Shown here: positions 50,531-62,829 of the stretch, piece by piece
Layout: each line of letters starts with the position of its first letter
Numbering within the stretch: the first letter of the stretch is position 1
Source of the DNA: Carcharhinus longimanus
Lineage: Eukaryota
Length of the DNA stretch: 64,000 bases
Direction: 5' to 3'
Assembly (NCBI GenBank): GCA_030264375.1
Contig: JASCQW010000105.1
Location: forward strand, 36,966,283-37,030,282
Notes under the pieces: generated by a model
Databases searched by the model: none
Told to the model about the DNA's origin: nothing
What the model saw: the letters and a program-made list of their open reading frames with translations, nothing else
Translations under genes and position numbers: made by a program

Positions 50531-51570
50531 CCTCTTCCCCTTTCCTTCCTGAAAACTTAACTCTTTGACCAATCTTTTAATCACTTCTCGTATCTCATTC
50601 TATGGCTGGGTCTATTTTGTCTGGTTAAGCTTCCATGAAGTGTCTTGAGATGCTTTCCTACATTAAAGGAACTATATAAATGCAAACTATTATTTTGCCA
50701 GCATCTGAAGATTAAGTTAAGAAGAAGGCGGGAGAACATGGCCTTTTGAGCCTTGAACGAGGTAACTGTGAGGTGACCTAGATTTATATGATAGTAAACA
50801 AGATTAATCTCAAATACTATTGAAAAGTAAACTACAATAACAGGATAAGGGGTATAGGCATAAACTAGGAAAAGGCAAATTTAGGGCCAATGTCAGGATG
50901 TGCTCCTTCACTCAAATATTGATTAATGCACAGAATGGCATTCCGGGTTGGAACAATTTAAGAACCAGTTGATTGCTGTGATGAGAGTTGAGGGATGAAC
51001 TAAGATGGGCCTTCTGATTTGCATCAATCTTGTGATGCTACTGTCATGTTCTGTTTATTTCCATGTGTAAATTCCATACAGACGTCAGTATTTATTTTCC
51101 GACAGATGCATTCTACACCTGCTAATTAATAATATTTTTAAATGCTACTTTTACTCGTGCAAAAAAATGTCCTGGCTTCCATTTGACATGTTTGCCTCAA
51201 AGGTAGTGCCATGTCCAAATCCTTGAAATTTGATTTTAAGTGATCAAACCAATATAACAATTTAAGATCGAAGTAAGGGATAAATGTTGCCTAAAGGGTA
51301 AGCAGTTCTAGAAATAAATTGTTAAATGCATTGAATAAACTTTGAGGTTATTTGTTAAATTATGAGTTGAAAAAGCCCCAATAGTGTGTGTCTTAGTAAT
51401 TAATGTTTTGCAGTGCCATGCTTTCTCCTTTCTTTAAATAATCATGATATTTGAAAATTAACTTTCTCATCAATTCCTTCAATTGCTGCCAAAGCTTGTA
51501 ATAAATGACTTAATTTTGATAATGAGAAAGAAATATACATTGTATATAACTGTAGTATCTTAAACCTTTA

Positions 51571-51917
51571 AGGGTGGCTCAGTGCTTAACACTACTGCCT
51601 CAAAACTCCAGGGACCTTGATTCAATTCCAGCCTTGGGCGACTTGTCTGTGTGGAGTTTGCGTATTCTACTCCTGCCTGCATAGATTTCCTGTGGATATT
51701 TCGGTTTTTTTTCCACACTACAAAGATGTGCTGGTTAGGTGGACTAGCCATGCTAAATTGCCCCTTAGTGTCCCAAGATGTGTAAATTAGATGGATTAAC
51801 CATGATAAATGTGTGGAATGGTGCAGGCAAGAGGGCCTGGGTAAGATACTCTGTCAGAGGGTTAGCGCAGATTGGATGGGCCAAATGGCCTCTTCTGCAC
51901 TGTAGGGATTCTATGAT
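51571..51917 (+). mobile_element. V-SINE, full length
   Basis: tRNA-like head, V core and tail ggcctcttctgcactgtagggattctatga. Confidence 0.85.
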
Positions 51918-52161
51918 CTTTTTTAAATTCAGTTGTGAGATATGGGAGTCACTGGCTGGGCCAGCATTTGTTGCCCATTCGTAACTACTCATGAGCTGAG
52001 TGGCTTGCAAGGCGATTTCAATCGGCATTTAAGAGTCAACTACGTTGTTGTGGCTCTGAAATCACATGTAGGCCGGACCAGATAAGGACAGTAGATTTCT
52101 TTCCCTAAAGGGCATTAGTGAACCAGATAGATTTTTACCACAATCCAACAATGGTTTCATA

Positions 52162-53057
52162 GGGCCAGATTTTACCATTTTCATTCTAAGTGTTGAATCT
52201 AGGCACAATTCAGATCCGACTTGGAAATCTGCTCTCGGGCGCCCCCTGTGCACCTAGCTTGAGAAAGAATCGCGAGTCTGAATCCCACTGTGGGCGGGGC
52301 TTAGCGCGCCTGAAACGATCGGAGCTCTGAACCGCGCATACGCAGTGAGAAAAAAATTGAAAAACACGGCCCTGTCACATCACTCCTGGGTCACAAAAGA
52401 CAGATAAAGTGGCCCGGGAGGAAAAAGTAGGAGCGATGGCCTCCACAGACATCGCCCCACCCCCACTAGTCCCCTTATCCACCCACCTCCCCCACTACCC
52501 AGACCGATCGCGACCCTCTGCCCCACTTCCCCCCCTCCGATTGCCCACAGAGTGGCAGCGGTCTCCCCTGCCTCTGCCTCACCCCCATACCTCCCCCACC
52601 ACAGATCCATCTGACCTCCCTCCTCTCCCACCCCACCAGAGAATGATTGGGTGTTCTCCCTCCTCCCGCTCCACACCAGAGAATGATTTGGCCTGTCTCC
52701 CCCCACCTCTCCCCCACCGATCTGAGTCAGAGAGCTGCTGGAAGCTCTGAATTTACCTCTTCAAAAGCTGGAGCGTCCAAAACAGACCTTTGCCAAACAT
52801 GTCTCTTTCGTGCCAAATCAGGATGGGTGAACGCAATTGTAAAGATGGAATGCTGGTAAAGTTGGACGGGCAGCCCATTAATTCAATTTAAATACATGCA
52901 AATGCATTTAAATCGATGTTGGGCAGTTCAGATCACGGCTATTTTCAGGCCTTAGTAAAGTGGGCATTTGCACGGATGTGGGCGTGGATCGCACTTATTG
53001 CCTCACACCAGACTTTACCAAGTTTACACACCCGTTTCGCAATGGTAAAATCAGCCC
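52162..53057. mobile_element. Harbinger-like MITE, complete (about 0.9 kb)
   Basis: Inverted termini gggccagattttaccatt ... aatggtaaaatcagccc. Confidence 0.7.
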
Positions 53058-53059
53058 AT

Positions 53060-53875
53060 TGTCTACACAGACTTTGGCAAGGCATTCGACAAAGTACCAC
53101 TTGGGAGACTGGTCAGTAAGGTTAGATCACGTGGGATTCAGGAGAATTAGCCAATTCAATACAAAATTGGCTTGCTAGTAGGAGGCAGAGTGTGGTGGTA
53201 AAGGGTTGTTTTTCAGGCGTGTGACAAAAAGTGTGTCACAGGAATTGGTCCACTGTTGTTTGTTATTTATATGAACAGCTTTGTTGAGATTGTAAGAGGC
53301 ATAGTTAGTATGTTTGGAAATTACACCAAAATTGTTGGTATAATGAACAATGAAGAAGGTCATCTAAGACTATATTGGGATCTTGGTCAACTGGGACATT
53401 GGGTCAAGGAATTGGAGGTGGAGTTTAAATCAGATAAATGTGAGATGTTACATTTTGGTAAGACAAACCAGGGTAGGAATTACACAGTTAATGGTACAGC
53501 GCTGGGGAATATTGTTGAACAGAGAGACATAAGAGTGCAGATACGTCGTTCTTTGAAAGTGGTGTCAGAGGTGGACAGAGTGGTGAAAAAGGCCTTTGGC
53601 ATGCTTGCCTTCATTGGTCAGAGCATTGAGTACTGGAGTTGGGACATCATGTAACAACTGTTCGAGACATTGCTAAGGCCACATTTGGAATACTGTGTAC
53701 AATTCTGGCCACCCTGCTACACAAAGAATGGCATCAAACTGAAAAAGGTGCAAAAAAATTATAAGGATGTATAAATAAGGTTGTTGCTCTGTAAATCTCA
53801 GAGGGTGTGGAGAGTCTGCAGAAGGATCTAGATAGGCTGGGCGAATGGGCCAGGAAATGGCAAATGGAATTTAAT
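53060..53875 (+). mobile_element. CR1 LINE RT fragments
   Basis: DFGKAFDKVP, DKCEMLHFG, EQRDIRVQIRRSLKV and LQKDLDRLGEWARKWQMEFN. Confidence 0.85.
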
Positions 53876-53975
53876 NNNNNNNNNNNNNNNNNNNNNNNNN
53901 NNNNNNNNNNNNNNNNNNNNNNNNNNNNNNNNNNNNNNNNNNNNNNNNNNNNNNNNNNNNNNNNNNNNNNNNNNN

Positions 53976-54351
53976 AGAAAATGATCTGGTCCACCTCCTT
54001 CTCTGCCCCCCGCCCCCCTCCCCCCCACACCCCCATTGATCTGAGTCGGAGAGCAATTGGAAGCTCTGAACTTACCTCTTCAGAAATTGGAGCACCTGAA
54101 ACAGACCTTTGCTGAGCAGGTCTGTTTCGCACCGAATCTGGATGTGTGAATGTGATGGTAAAGGGGGAAATGCTAGTAAAGTTGGGCTGACAGCCTATTA
54201 ATGCAAATGCATTTAAATTGCCATTCTGCCTGTTTTGGCACAGATTGGATTGCAGCCATTTTTGAGCCTTGGTAAAGTGGGCAACTGCACATTAATGGCC
54301 TCACACCTGACTTCACCATGTTCGGGTGTGACACAATGGTAAAATTGAGCC
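53976..54351. mobile_element. Harbinger-like MITE right half
   Basis: Parallels 52680-53057 and ends aatggtaaaattgagcc. Confidence 0.65.
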
Positions 54352-54664
54352 ATGGTTTCATCATTAGACTTTTTAATTCCAGATGTTTTTTTTATTGAAT
54401 TCAAATTTCACCATCTGCCAAGGGTGGATTCAAATCCTCACCCCCAAAGCATCAGCTGTGTCTTGAGAATTATCATTAACCCTGCGATGAATAATACGGC
54501 TATGTCATTGCTGTATCCAATACAAATCAACACAATTTCAAGTCACCCCTCAAATTAGTAATCATGACAAAAAGTGCAGAAATCTCGTTGGCTGAATTGT
54601 GCTCCCAATCTTGACAGAAGATATACTCTTGAGATTACGTGTGCTTTTAGTTTCACTGTGACAA

Positions 54665-55075
54665 AGTCTCAGTCTTTGTTAAGTGGTAGCATTCCTACTT
54701 CCGGGTCAAAATGGTTCTAGTTTCAAGCCCAACTCCAGAGATTTGAGCACATGATCTAGGCGAGATACTTCAGTGAATTACTCGAGAATGTAGTGCTGTC
54801 TGAGGTGCAACTTTCAGGTGGGATGGTGTAAAATTTACCATGATATTGTTCAAGGTTGTCCTCTTATTATTCTGGCCAACATTTATTACTGAACCAGCAC
54901 AATTAAAAGAGATAATTTAGTCTTTATCTCATTGTTGTTTGTGGAGCACTGGCACTGTGCAATCTGCCTTGCAATGTTTCCCTACTTTACAGCAATGACT
55001 GCGTTCAGAGTTACTTAGTTGGTTAGGAAATGGTTTGGGATATCCTGAAACATGTATTAATACAAATTAATCTTT
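54665..55075 (+). mobile_element. Deu-SINE (SacSINE1-like)
   Basis: tRNA head (ttcaagcccaactccagag), Deu core (ctggccaacatttatt...tctcattgttgtttgtgg) and an L2-type tail. Confidence 0.6.
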
Positions 55076-55851
55076 CCTTGCCGGCCTGAAGAGGTACTGT
55101 TTTCAAGTGTGGAAATTTTCAGTATTTTTATTTATTTTTGAGAAGCAATAACTAAAATAAACATTGTAATGAAGAGCTAAACTCAGAATGGGCTAATAGA
55201 TGGACTGCACTTGCAATGTGAAATATATTATTGTTAATTTTCAAAGTGCATAGTTTTCAACTTTAGGAATAGTGGCATCGTAGTTGTGTTTAAAGTTACA
55301 GGAAATCTTTAACTCCTATCTCTTAAAGTAACTTTATTTCAGATGAGATACTAAGTGAGGTCATTTTAAAGGCAGAACTAACTGTTGCTCCCTATGGAAC
55401 TCATCAGGAAAAGCTGGAGCTCCCAGGTTTATGGCTTGACATCATACCATTGGTTAATTGGATGGTATCCCAATCTAGTAATAAGTTAAGTTTGAGCAGT
55501 GTTGCTGTGTAAATGTAGCAGAATGTGGACCTTGTACATCTCAGAGACAGAGAAGGATTGACCATACAGATGTAATGTTAGTGAGCTGATACTACTTCAC
55601 TGTAAAGGATAAAGAGAACTCCATGGAGATCTCCTCTATGTCCTTTTTCCAGTCTATCTTCATTGCGAAAGGCAGATTAAAATGCAAGTTGTTGCTGCAC
55701 AGCTTATTTTTGAAATTGACTTACCTTTGTAACAGCTTTGACATGCCAAGAAAGGTCATTCTCTTTAAAATTCTTTTTTAATGAAACTAATTAACATTTT
55801 TCTCTCCTTTGTTTTAAACTTTTGTACTGAATTACAACACGTGATACTTAG

Positions 55852-55990
55852 ACGTACTGCAGCTGCCCGTATTCAGGAGTTATTCAGAAGGAGAAAAGAA
55901 AAGAAGGAAATGGAGGAGCTAGAGACTCAAAACATAAGAAAACCTACATTTAAAATGGTATACAAAGGCCACCGTAACTCGAGAACAATG
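55852..55990 (+). CDS. DCAF6: DCAF6 coding exon (139 nt, phase 2->0) with IQ calmodulin-binding motif: [46 protein letters not shown]
   Basis: atacttag acceptor, ATG|GTAAAC donor. Contains the IQ motif and [10 protein letters not shown] at the start of a WD40 repeat. Confidence 0.96.
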
Positions 55991-56084
55991 GTAAACAAAT
56001 CTTGTAAAACTGTCTTTATAATAACATAAAAAGGCATTTTTGCTGTTGAAATACACAATGATAATTGACTGTCTTTGGGTTCAG

Positions 56085-56241
56085 ATCAAAGAAGCCAACT
56101 TCTGGGGTAGTTATTATGTAATTAGTGGCTCAGACTGTGGTCACATATTCATCTGGGATCGGCAGACAGCTGAGTTACTGATGCTATTGGAAGCTGACAA
56201 CCATGTGGTGAACTGTCTACAGCCTCATCCTTTTGATCCGA
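56085..56241 (+). CDS. DCAF6: DCAF6 coding exon (157 nt, phase 0->1), WD40 repeat: [52 protein letters not shown]
   Basis: gggttcag acceptor, A|GTAAGT donor. [13 protein letters not shown] is a DWD-box-containing WD40 repeat, and VVNCLQPHP is a DCAF6/8 signature. Confidence 0.97.
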
Positions 56242-56435
56242 GTAAGTAGTCAACAAGAAGGAATATTTTTCCCTGCATTTTGGAGTGCTAATAATGAACT
56301 GTGACAACTCTGCTGAAGTACTAAGAGAGGAAATCTGAGGGGGCCATGATTATAAGGCAAATGCACTATACAGTATAGCACTACAATGACTAGACCCATT
56401 CTCCGAAGTACTACAATGACCGGACCCATTCTTCA

Positions 56436-56608
56436 AAGGTGTGCGGGTTAAGTTGATTGGCCATGCTAAATTGCCCCTTAGCGTCAGGTGAACTAGCTAG
56501 TAGGGTAAATTAATGGGGTTGTGGGGATAGGGATTGCGTGGGATTGTGGTCAATGCAGACTCAGTGGGCCGAATGGCCTCCTTCTGCATTGTAGGATTCT
56601 ATGATTCT
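56436..56608 (+). mobile_element. 5'-truncated V-SINE
   Basis: gtgcgggttaagttgattggccatgctaaattgcccctta...gggccgaatggcctccttctgcattgtaggattctatg. Confidence 0.8.
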
Positions 56609-57529
56609 CTGGTTTCAATTTGGTCAGTTTCAACTGGGCAATGCCATTATCGGCACAACATTCAAATTAAGCATTTGGTATCAGTGCAAAGCAGTTTCCA
56701 CTTGGCACTAATAGTAAAACTGGGGGGAGGGAATTCAACCCTGGCCTGATTTTTGAAAGAGAGAGGATTTAACCCTGGCCTGATTTTGATGAGATGAGAG
56801 AGGACTCCCTTCTCCAGGAAGTCTTCCTTTGACATTGGCTCAGGGCTGACTCTAGATTTAACTAAATTTGCTTTATATCTGTAGCATTGGTGATGAGGGA
56901 AGTTTTGCACTGACTCATATTTGGCCTCAGTGACCCCAGGTGAGGATGAAAAAAGAATAGCTAAAGTTTGCACCTCTGTCACTATCCAGTGAAGTCTGAA
57001 AAACACTGTATGGACTCTAGCTGAGGACAGAGATGGGTTGTGGTGCTATTGGTTGAATTCACAGACAGCATTTACCGTCAAGGTTACTTGAGTAAGTTAC
57101 TGCAGACATTTCCTCTTACAGAACTGTCCTGTACTATATGCCCCTGCCTGTGGGGGAGAAAAATGGATGAAGGAAAAATTTCAACGGCTGAAACAAGTTT
57201 AAAAAGCATTCCTTTTTAAAAACAGTGCATCTTCTTATTTTATGATTTGTATCTTAAACCTTCTCTTTCTAAGTTATAATTATATGGAAATTTCAATGGC
57301 AAGAATGAAAATTGTAAGCAACATTCCCTATGAATTTAGTTGATTGGGTTTTACTTCAGATTTAAAAAGTCCCTAAGTTTAGCATCTATCTCCAAAGGGT
57401 TTAAAGACCTTAGTACAGCCATTTCTGCCTATTGTTTCTTTGAAAGGATTTTCTTCATTGCTATTAATTTTAATTCAACAGTAGTCTGAATAGTAGAAGA
57501 TATAGCTGCATTGAATCTTGGAATCCGCT

Positions 57530-58360
57530 TCCACATATACACTGATGACATCTAACTTCATCTCTCTCCCATCTCTTCACCCCATGACAGCTGCTTAGCT
57601 GTCAAATAATTCATCTGACATCCAGTCCTGAATGGACTAAGTTTTAGCTCAGCTCAAAAATTGGGAAATACAAAACTATCGTCTTTGATCCTCACTTTTT
57701 TGCGCACTGAATCTATCTGTCCATGCCTGATCACTGTACCCTGTTCAACTCTGAGCTGAATTTAAGAATTCCTATCTTCTCGATCATAAAGTTATTTACG
57801 AATCTGTACACTATTGTCCATCTCTGCTCAGTAAGCCCTTTTGCCACTGAGAAATTCTCATAAGCCATCTCCAGATTTAATTACCCCAAAACTCAGTTGG
57901 ACTCCCAATTTTCACTATTCATGAACTCCAAGTTGTTGTAAACTCTGCTTATGTATATCTTTTCCATATTAAGTGGTCCTAGCTCATCAGCCCCATTCTC
58001 GTTGATTCACATTAGCCCTGATCTGTATATTCCATTAACTATAAAATCTTCACTCTCATACCGATTAATGAACTAATTCTTAAAATCTCCCCAGATCGGT
58101 GTTTTTGGCCTTCCTCGACTTTCTCCAACGTGGCTGGCAAAGGCTTCTATCCCTGGGTCCTGCCCTCTGAAATTCCCTCCATTAAACCTCTCCTCTCTAC
58201 TTCACTCTTTTAATTGCCCTTCTCAAATCCCGTCTTCAACCAAATTTTTGTTATTGCGTTCTAATCTCTCCTTTCCTGACTTGCTTTCTGAACTCACTTT
58301 GCCAACCTGTGAAGAATTTTGGGACTTTTTTTGCATTAAAGATACCATATTACAAGTTGT
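57530..58360 (+). mobile_element. L2 LINE 3' portion
   Basis: FHIYTDD.*L and LQLKNWE..KT motifs, ending ctgtgaagaattttgggac...tacaagttgttgtt. Confidence 0.65.
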
Positions 58361-58465
58361 TGTTCTTCCCCTTTCTCCCTCTCCATAACACCTTCCTCTT
58401 ACCTTCCTCCTTCTCTTCACCATCTGCTCACCTTTTTCCTCACCCTCTTCTTTACTGTTTTATGT

Positions 58466-58885
58466 CAGCTGTGACACAGTTGGTTGTACGCTGCATCATA
58501 AGGTTCTGGGTTCATCCCACTCCAAAAAGATGAGCATGTAACCTAAGCTGGCACTTCAATGCAGTACACTGTTGGAAGATGCCTCAGATGAGGCATCAAG
58601 CTGAAGTCCCTATATGCTAACTTGTGTGGAAGTATAAGATCCTACAGCATTATTTCAGAAAACAATGGGGCAGTTACCCCAGTGTCCTGGAAAATATCTA
58701 TCCCTTAACTAAGATAGATTGTCTGGTCAGGGTCACATCACTGTTTGTCGATCATTGCTCTGTGCAAATTGGTAGCTGCATTTCCTACATTGCAACAGTG
58801 ACTACACTTAAAAAGTACTTCATTGACTATAAAGTGCTTTGGGATTATAAGGTTGTGAAATGTGCTATATAAATGCAAGTTCTTT
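58466..58885 (+). mobile_element. Deu-SINE (SacSINE1-like), near full length
   Basis: tRNA head, Deu core (ctgtgcaaattggtagctgcatttcctacattgcaacagtgactacactt) and tail gctatataaatgcaagttctttc. Confidence 0.7.
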
Positions 58886-60839
58886 CATTTTCTCCTTGGC
58901 CTTCTCTTTACCTATCTTCCTCCTCATCATCATCCTTTTGGCTTTTCAAGGAGTTTCTAAAATCCTTTTGGAAAAATAGAACAATATCAATGTTTCTTTC
59001 AAGTAAAGACAGTGGAGCAGGTGACAACACTTTGAAAAGGAAGGTGTGATGTATGCCAAATATTATGTCTATAATGCTCAAATCTTATCTATTTTGGATA
59101 CAGATAGTCATGAAGTCTGAATTTCTTATCAGAAATCACCTTTTTTTCAAAGATCAGGATGAGCAACATGTTTTGGTCACCAAACAAATTCTCGAGTACA
59201 ATAGGATTTTAACACATGGTGTAATGCACCAGACCTAAGTCAACAGCTGTGGAATGATGCCAGTTGCACTAGATATGCATCCTTTATCAGGCATTCAGTG
59301 GTACATTGGCCCAGATACCATTATTTGCATCAATGATGGGTGGGAGGAGGGAAAAATATGTACTGTGGAACTGCCTCATAATAATCAAGTTATAAAGAAA
59401 GGTATCAGTACCCTTTCTGGTGCTTTTCAGTTGTTCCCTGTTGCCAAGTTTAAATACAAATTATAGAGTAGTTGGTGAATAAAAATTTGTGTAGACTATG
59501 AAGTTATCTCAATCATGACGTTCTGCTCCACTGATGTGTGAATAGGGAATGGTTAATGTTTATGATATCTTTGGAGTGCCACATGAGAAAAGTTCTGTTC
59601 AAAGTGTCAGCCCAGTCTAATTGGCTGAAGTATTAAATATGTATTATGGTATAACAGTTGCAGCAAGACAAAACAGATATAGCCCTCTTGAAACATTTAG
59701 TAGCAACTGATTGGGGGACTGTAGTTCCTCTAGCTCTGCACTAATAGAACCATAATGGAGGTAATCAAAGGCAATATACTGGCGGGTAGCAGATGCATAC
59801 CCAGCCTACCTGTCATCCTGATCACTGATGCTTCCCTCTCTGGATAGGATTTCCACCTGGGTACAGGGAACCTGAACATCATTTCAGTCCACCTGGCACA
59901 ACAGCAGGTTGGAACTTGGAGCAGTCTCGTTGAAACACAGAACTTCCATCTACAACGTGCAGGTAAGTCTTCCTGTGGATAGACTACACCACAGTGATCT
60001 GGTGCCTCGGCAAATAGGGAGGCACTTGGTCCTGAATTCTGTGCAAAGTTGCCCTGGAATTAGGTAATCATTCCCATTGCCTTGCCCCAAAGGCAAGCAC
60101 AGAGAGCACAAAATCTGCTCTGTGTCAGCATAATCCTGCTCCATAAATGGATGTAGTAATTTCTATAATTTTCAGACAAGTTGGATCATTCACTTCAGTC
60201 TTTCCGTAACCATACAGCTATCCAAAATCTTAGGATCCTCATGTTAGGCTACCCTTTCTCAGGCAAGGGATGTTCTTGTTCATTTCACTAAACAAATCCT
60301 CTGATTTTTGCTAGCTGAATAAGGCACTTTGCTCAGTGTGTGGAATATAATTTTACAGAATGATGATGACTACATGTAAGTGCTGCAACTTCTGCCCCAA
60401 AAAAAGTCACGGGTGGAAACCACCATTATAGTTTTCATGCTTATAGCCATATTTGTCATCAGCAATATTCCATCCAAGGAAGATAATGGGCAAATAAAAT
60501 GTATTTTTGTATAGTGTGTGTTTGTGTAACTTGTATAACATGAACTTTTCCTGAATATATTTACATGTGAATTTTTGCAGGCACTGGGACCTGAGCCCTT
60601 CAATTTACCTCCACCATTATTCTTTTTATGCTCTTTTTAACTTCTCTCTGCACCCCTCCTAGATCTTACTTTAGTTGTCATGCCTTCTTTCACTTTTCCA
60701 CATCCTGATATTGTGCCCTCACAATTCCTTAAAACAACCTAACTCCTCAACCCTTCTGCTCTCATGCTGCCATCTGAGGTTTGACTCCCTTAGATAAACC
60801 TATAGTTTCCCTCTGTGCCTCTCTTAGCATCCTCCAACT

Positions 60840-62550
60840 GGCTCATCTAGGCACTAGCTCATTATGAACAGTAAACCCATCACTGTTTCTCCCATCAACC
60901 TTTTCACTCACTGCACCTCTCTCCAATATCCTTGGACGTGTTGTTGTCTCCCAAATCTGTTCACATCTTTCTTCAAGCTCCATATTTGAATCCTTCCAAT
61001 TAGGTTCCGCCCCTGCCAGAGTACTGAAACAGCTTTTCTCAAAGTCACAAATGACATATTATGTGTTTATGAAAGAAGTAAACTCCCCCCTTGTCCTTCT
61101 CAACCTACCTACCACCTTTGACACTGTTGATCACACCTCTCTACTATCATGCAGCTGGGTGGGACAGCTCTCACCTGTTCTATTCTTATCATAGCCACAG
61201 AATCACTTGCAGTGGCTTTCCTTCCTGCTTTTGCACCATTACTTCTGATATCTCCCTCCTATTTATCATCTACATGCTGCCCCTTGGCAATAGTTACAGC
61301 AGCTTGGCAACAGGCACTGAGAACACCTAATAGCCATTTGATCTGTGGAAGCAGTAGCAAGGCATGNNNNNNNNNNNNNNNNNNNNNNNNNNNNNNNNNN
61401 NNNNNNNNNNNNNNNNNNNNNNNNNNNNNNNNNNNNNNNNNNNNNNNNNNNNNNNNNNNNNNNNNNCAAGGCATGCCTCTCATAGATTGGTCTCTTCAGC
61501 AATTAGCAAAAGTGGACCATATGAAGCTACCCCAACAGATTTGACTTGCTGCACATCCATCATCTGACGTAGATGGAATGATGCCAGCCAAGAGAGCTGT
61601 CCCTCACTGACACCATCTGAAAAAACAGCATTGACTACACACACAACCTCACCACCACCTTTCTCTACTCCTACACACACAATCTCCCTCCCACTTTTCT
61701 CTATTCCTACACACACAACCTCACCACCACCTTTCTCTACTCCTCCACTGTTGCTAATTTATCAGATTATTCAACAACCCGTAGCGAATGAGTACAAATT
61801 TTCTGCAATTAAATATTGAGAAAACTAGCCATTGTTTTGGTCCCCACTTCATCTCTATTTCCTAGCTACCAGCTTCATCCCTCTCCCTAGCAAAAGTCTG
61901 AGATTAAGCCAATCTGTGTAAATTTTGATGTCACATTTGACTTCAAGATGAGTTTACGACCACTTATTTGCACCATCACTAAGACCAGCTATTTCCACCT
62001 CTGTAACATTGCACAAGTTCACCCCTGATTCAGTTCACCTGCTATTGAAACTCTCATTCATGCCTTTGTTACTTCCATACTTGACTGTTCCAGTCCACCT
62101 CCTGTCTAGACTCCAGAATCTTGAGGTAATCAAAACTCTGCTGCCAGTGTCAAAACTCACACCGAGTTCCATTCCCCTGACACCCCTGTGCTTGCTAACC
62201 TATATCGGTTCCCAGGCATCCATGTTTTGAAATCACTACATAGCCTCTCTCTTCCCTGTCTCTGTAATCTCCTTCAGCCTCACAACTGTGATATCTGAGC
62301 TTATTTAATCCTTGAGCATTTCCTACTTTAATCGGTCCACCATAATTGGCTGTGCCTTCATTTGCATAGGCCCCCAGCTCTGGAATTCCCTCTGTACACC
62401 TCTCTGTCTCTTTACCTTGCTTTCCTTGAAGACATTTCTTAAAGTCTTTGACCAAACTTTTATTCATCTGAGCTAATATCTCCTGTGATTCCATGTTATG
62501 CTTTGTTTTCTGATGCTCCTGTGAATTGACTTGGGATGTTCTATTCATTC
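60840..62550 (+). mobile_element. L2 LINE RT region and 3' end, interrupted by a gap and a minisatellite
   Basis: FQLGSAP..STETAFLKVTNDI, FDTVDH and IETLIHAFVTSILD motifs; tail ctcctgtgaattgacttgggatgtt. Confidence 0.7.
61635..61744. repeat. 36-bp minisatellite, 3 copies
   Basis: ctacacacacaacctcaccaccacctttctctactc at 61635 and 61707 (identical), with a variant at 61671. Confidence 0.85.
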
Positions 62551-62829
62551 CTATACTGAACCTTTAAAGTAATAAAAGTCTATGATTTTATAAAATATGT
62601 GCACATTTCCTTTTGCAATTTTAGCCTCCCCACAGTGCTCGTCACATAAAAGTTTTCTTTGGTTGAACTTTATTTTGAGGGATTGGTCTCCTTATTTGAA
62701 AAAAGAAAAATTTGTGATAGAATCAATAAAAGGTTTTTGATTCATCAAAAATATATAATGGAGAAGTTTTGACAGTTTTTCAGAATAAATACTGCATAAA
62801 AGTAATGAAACAAAAGTTGCTTCTAGAAG

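Larger units (their letters stand above)
51920..54510 (-). mobile_element. tRNA-headed SINE split into 51920-52160 and 54352-54510 by a 2.2-kb insertion
   Basis: The SINE body breaks at caatggtttcat and resumes atggtttcatcattagac...ggtggattcaaatcc (reversed B box). Confidence 0.55.

Noticed and set aside
56381-56436. Two 30-bp direct repeats (and two ~35-bp repeats at 56732-56803) as CRISPR-like or regulatory arrays
   Set aside because: Only two adjacent copies with no spacers, in a vertebrate intron. These are simple local duplications.
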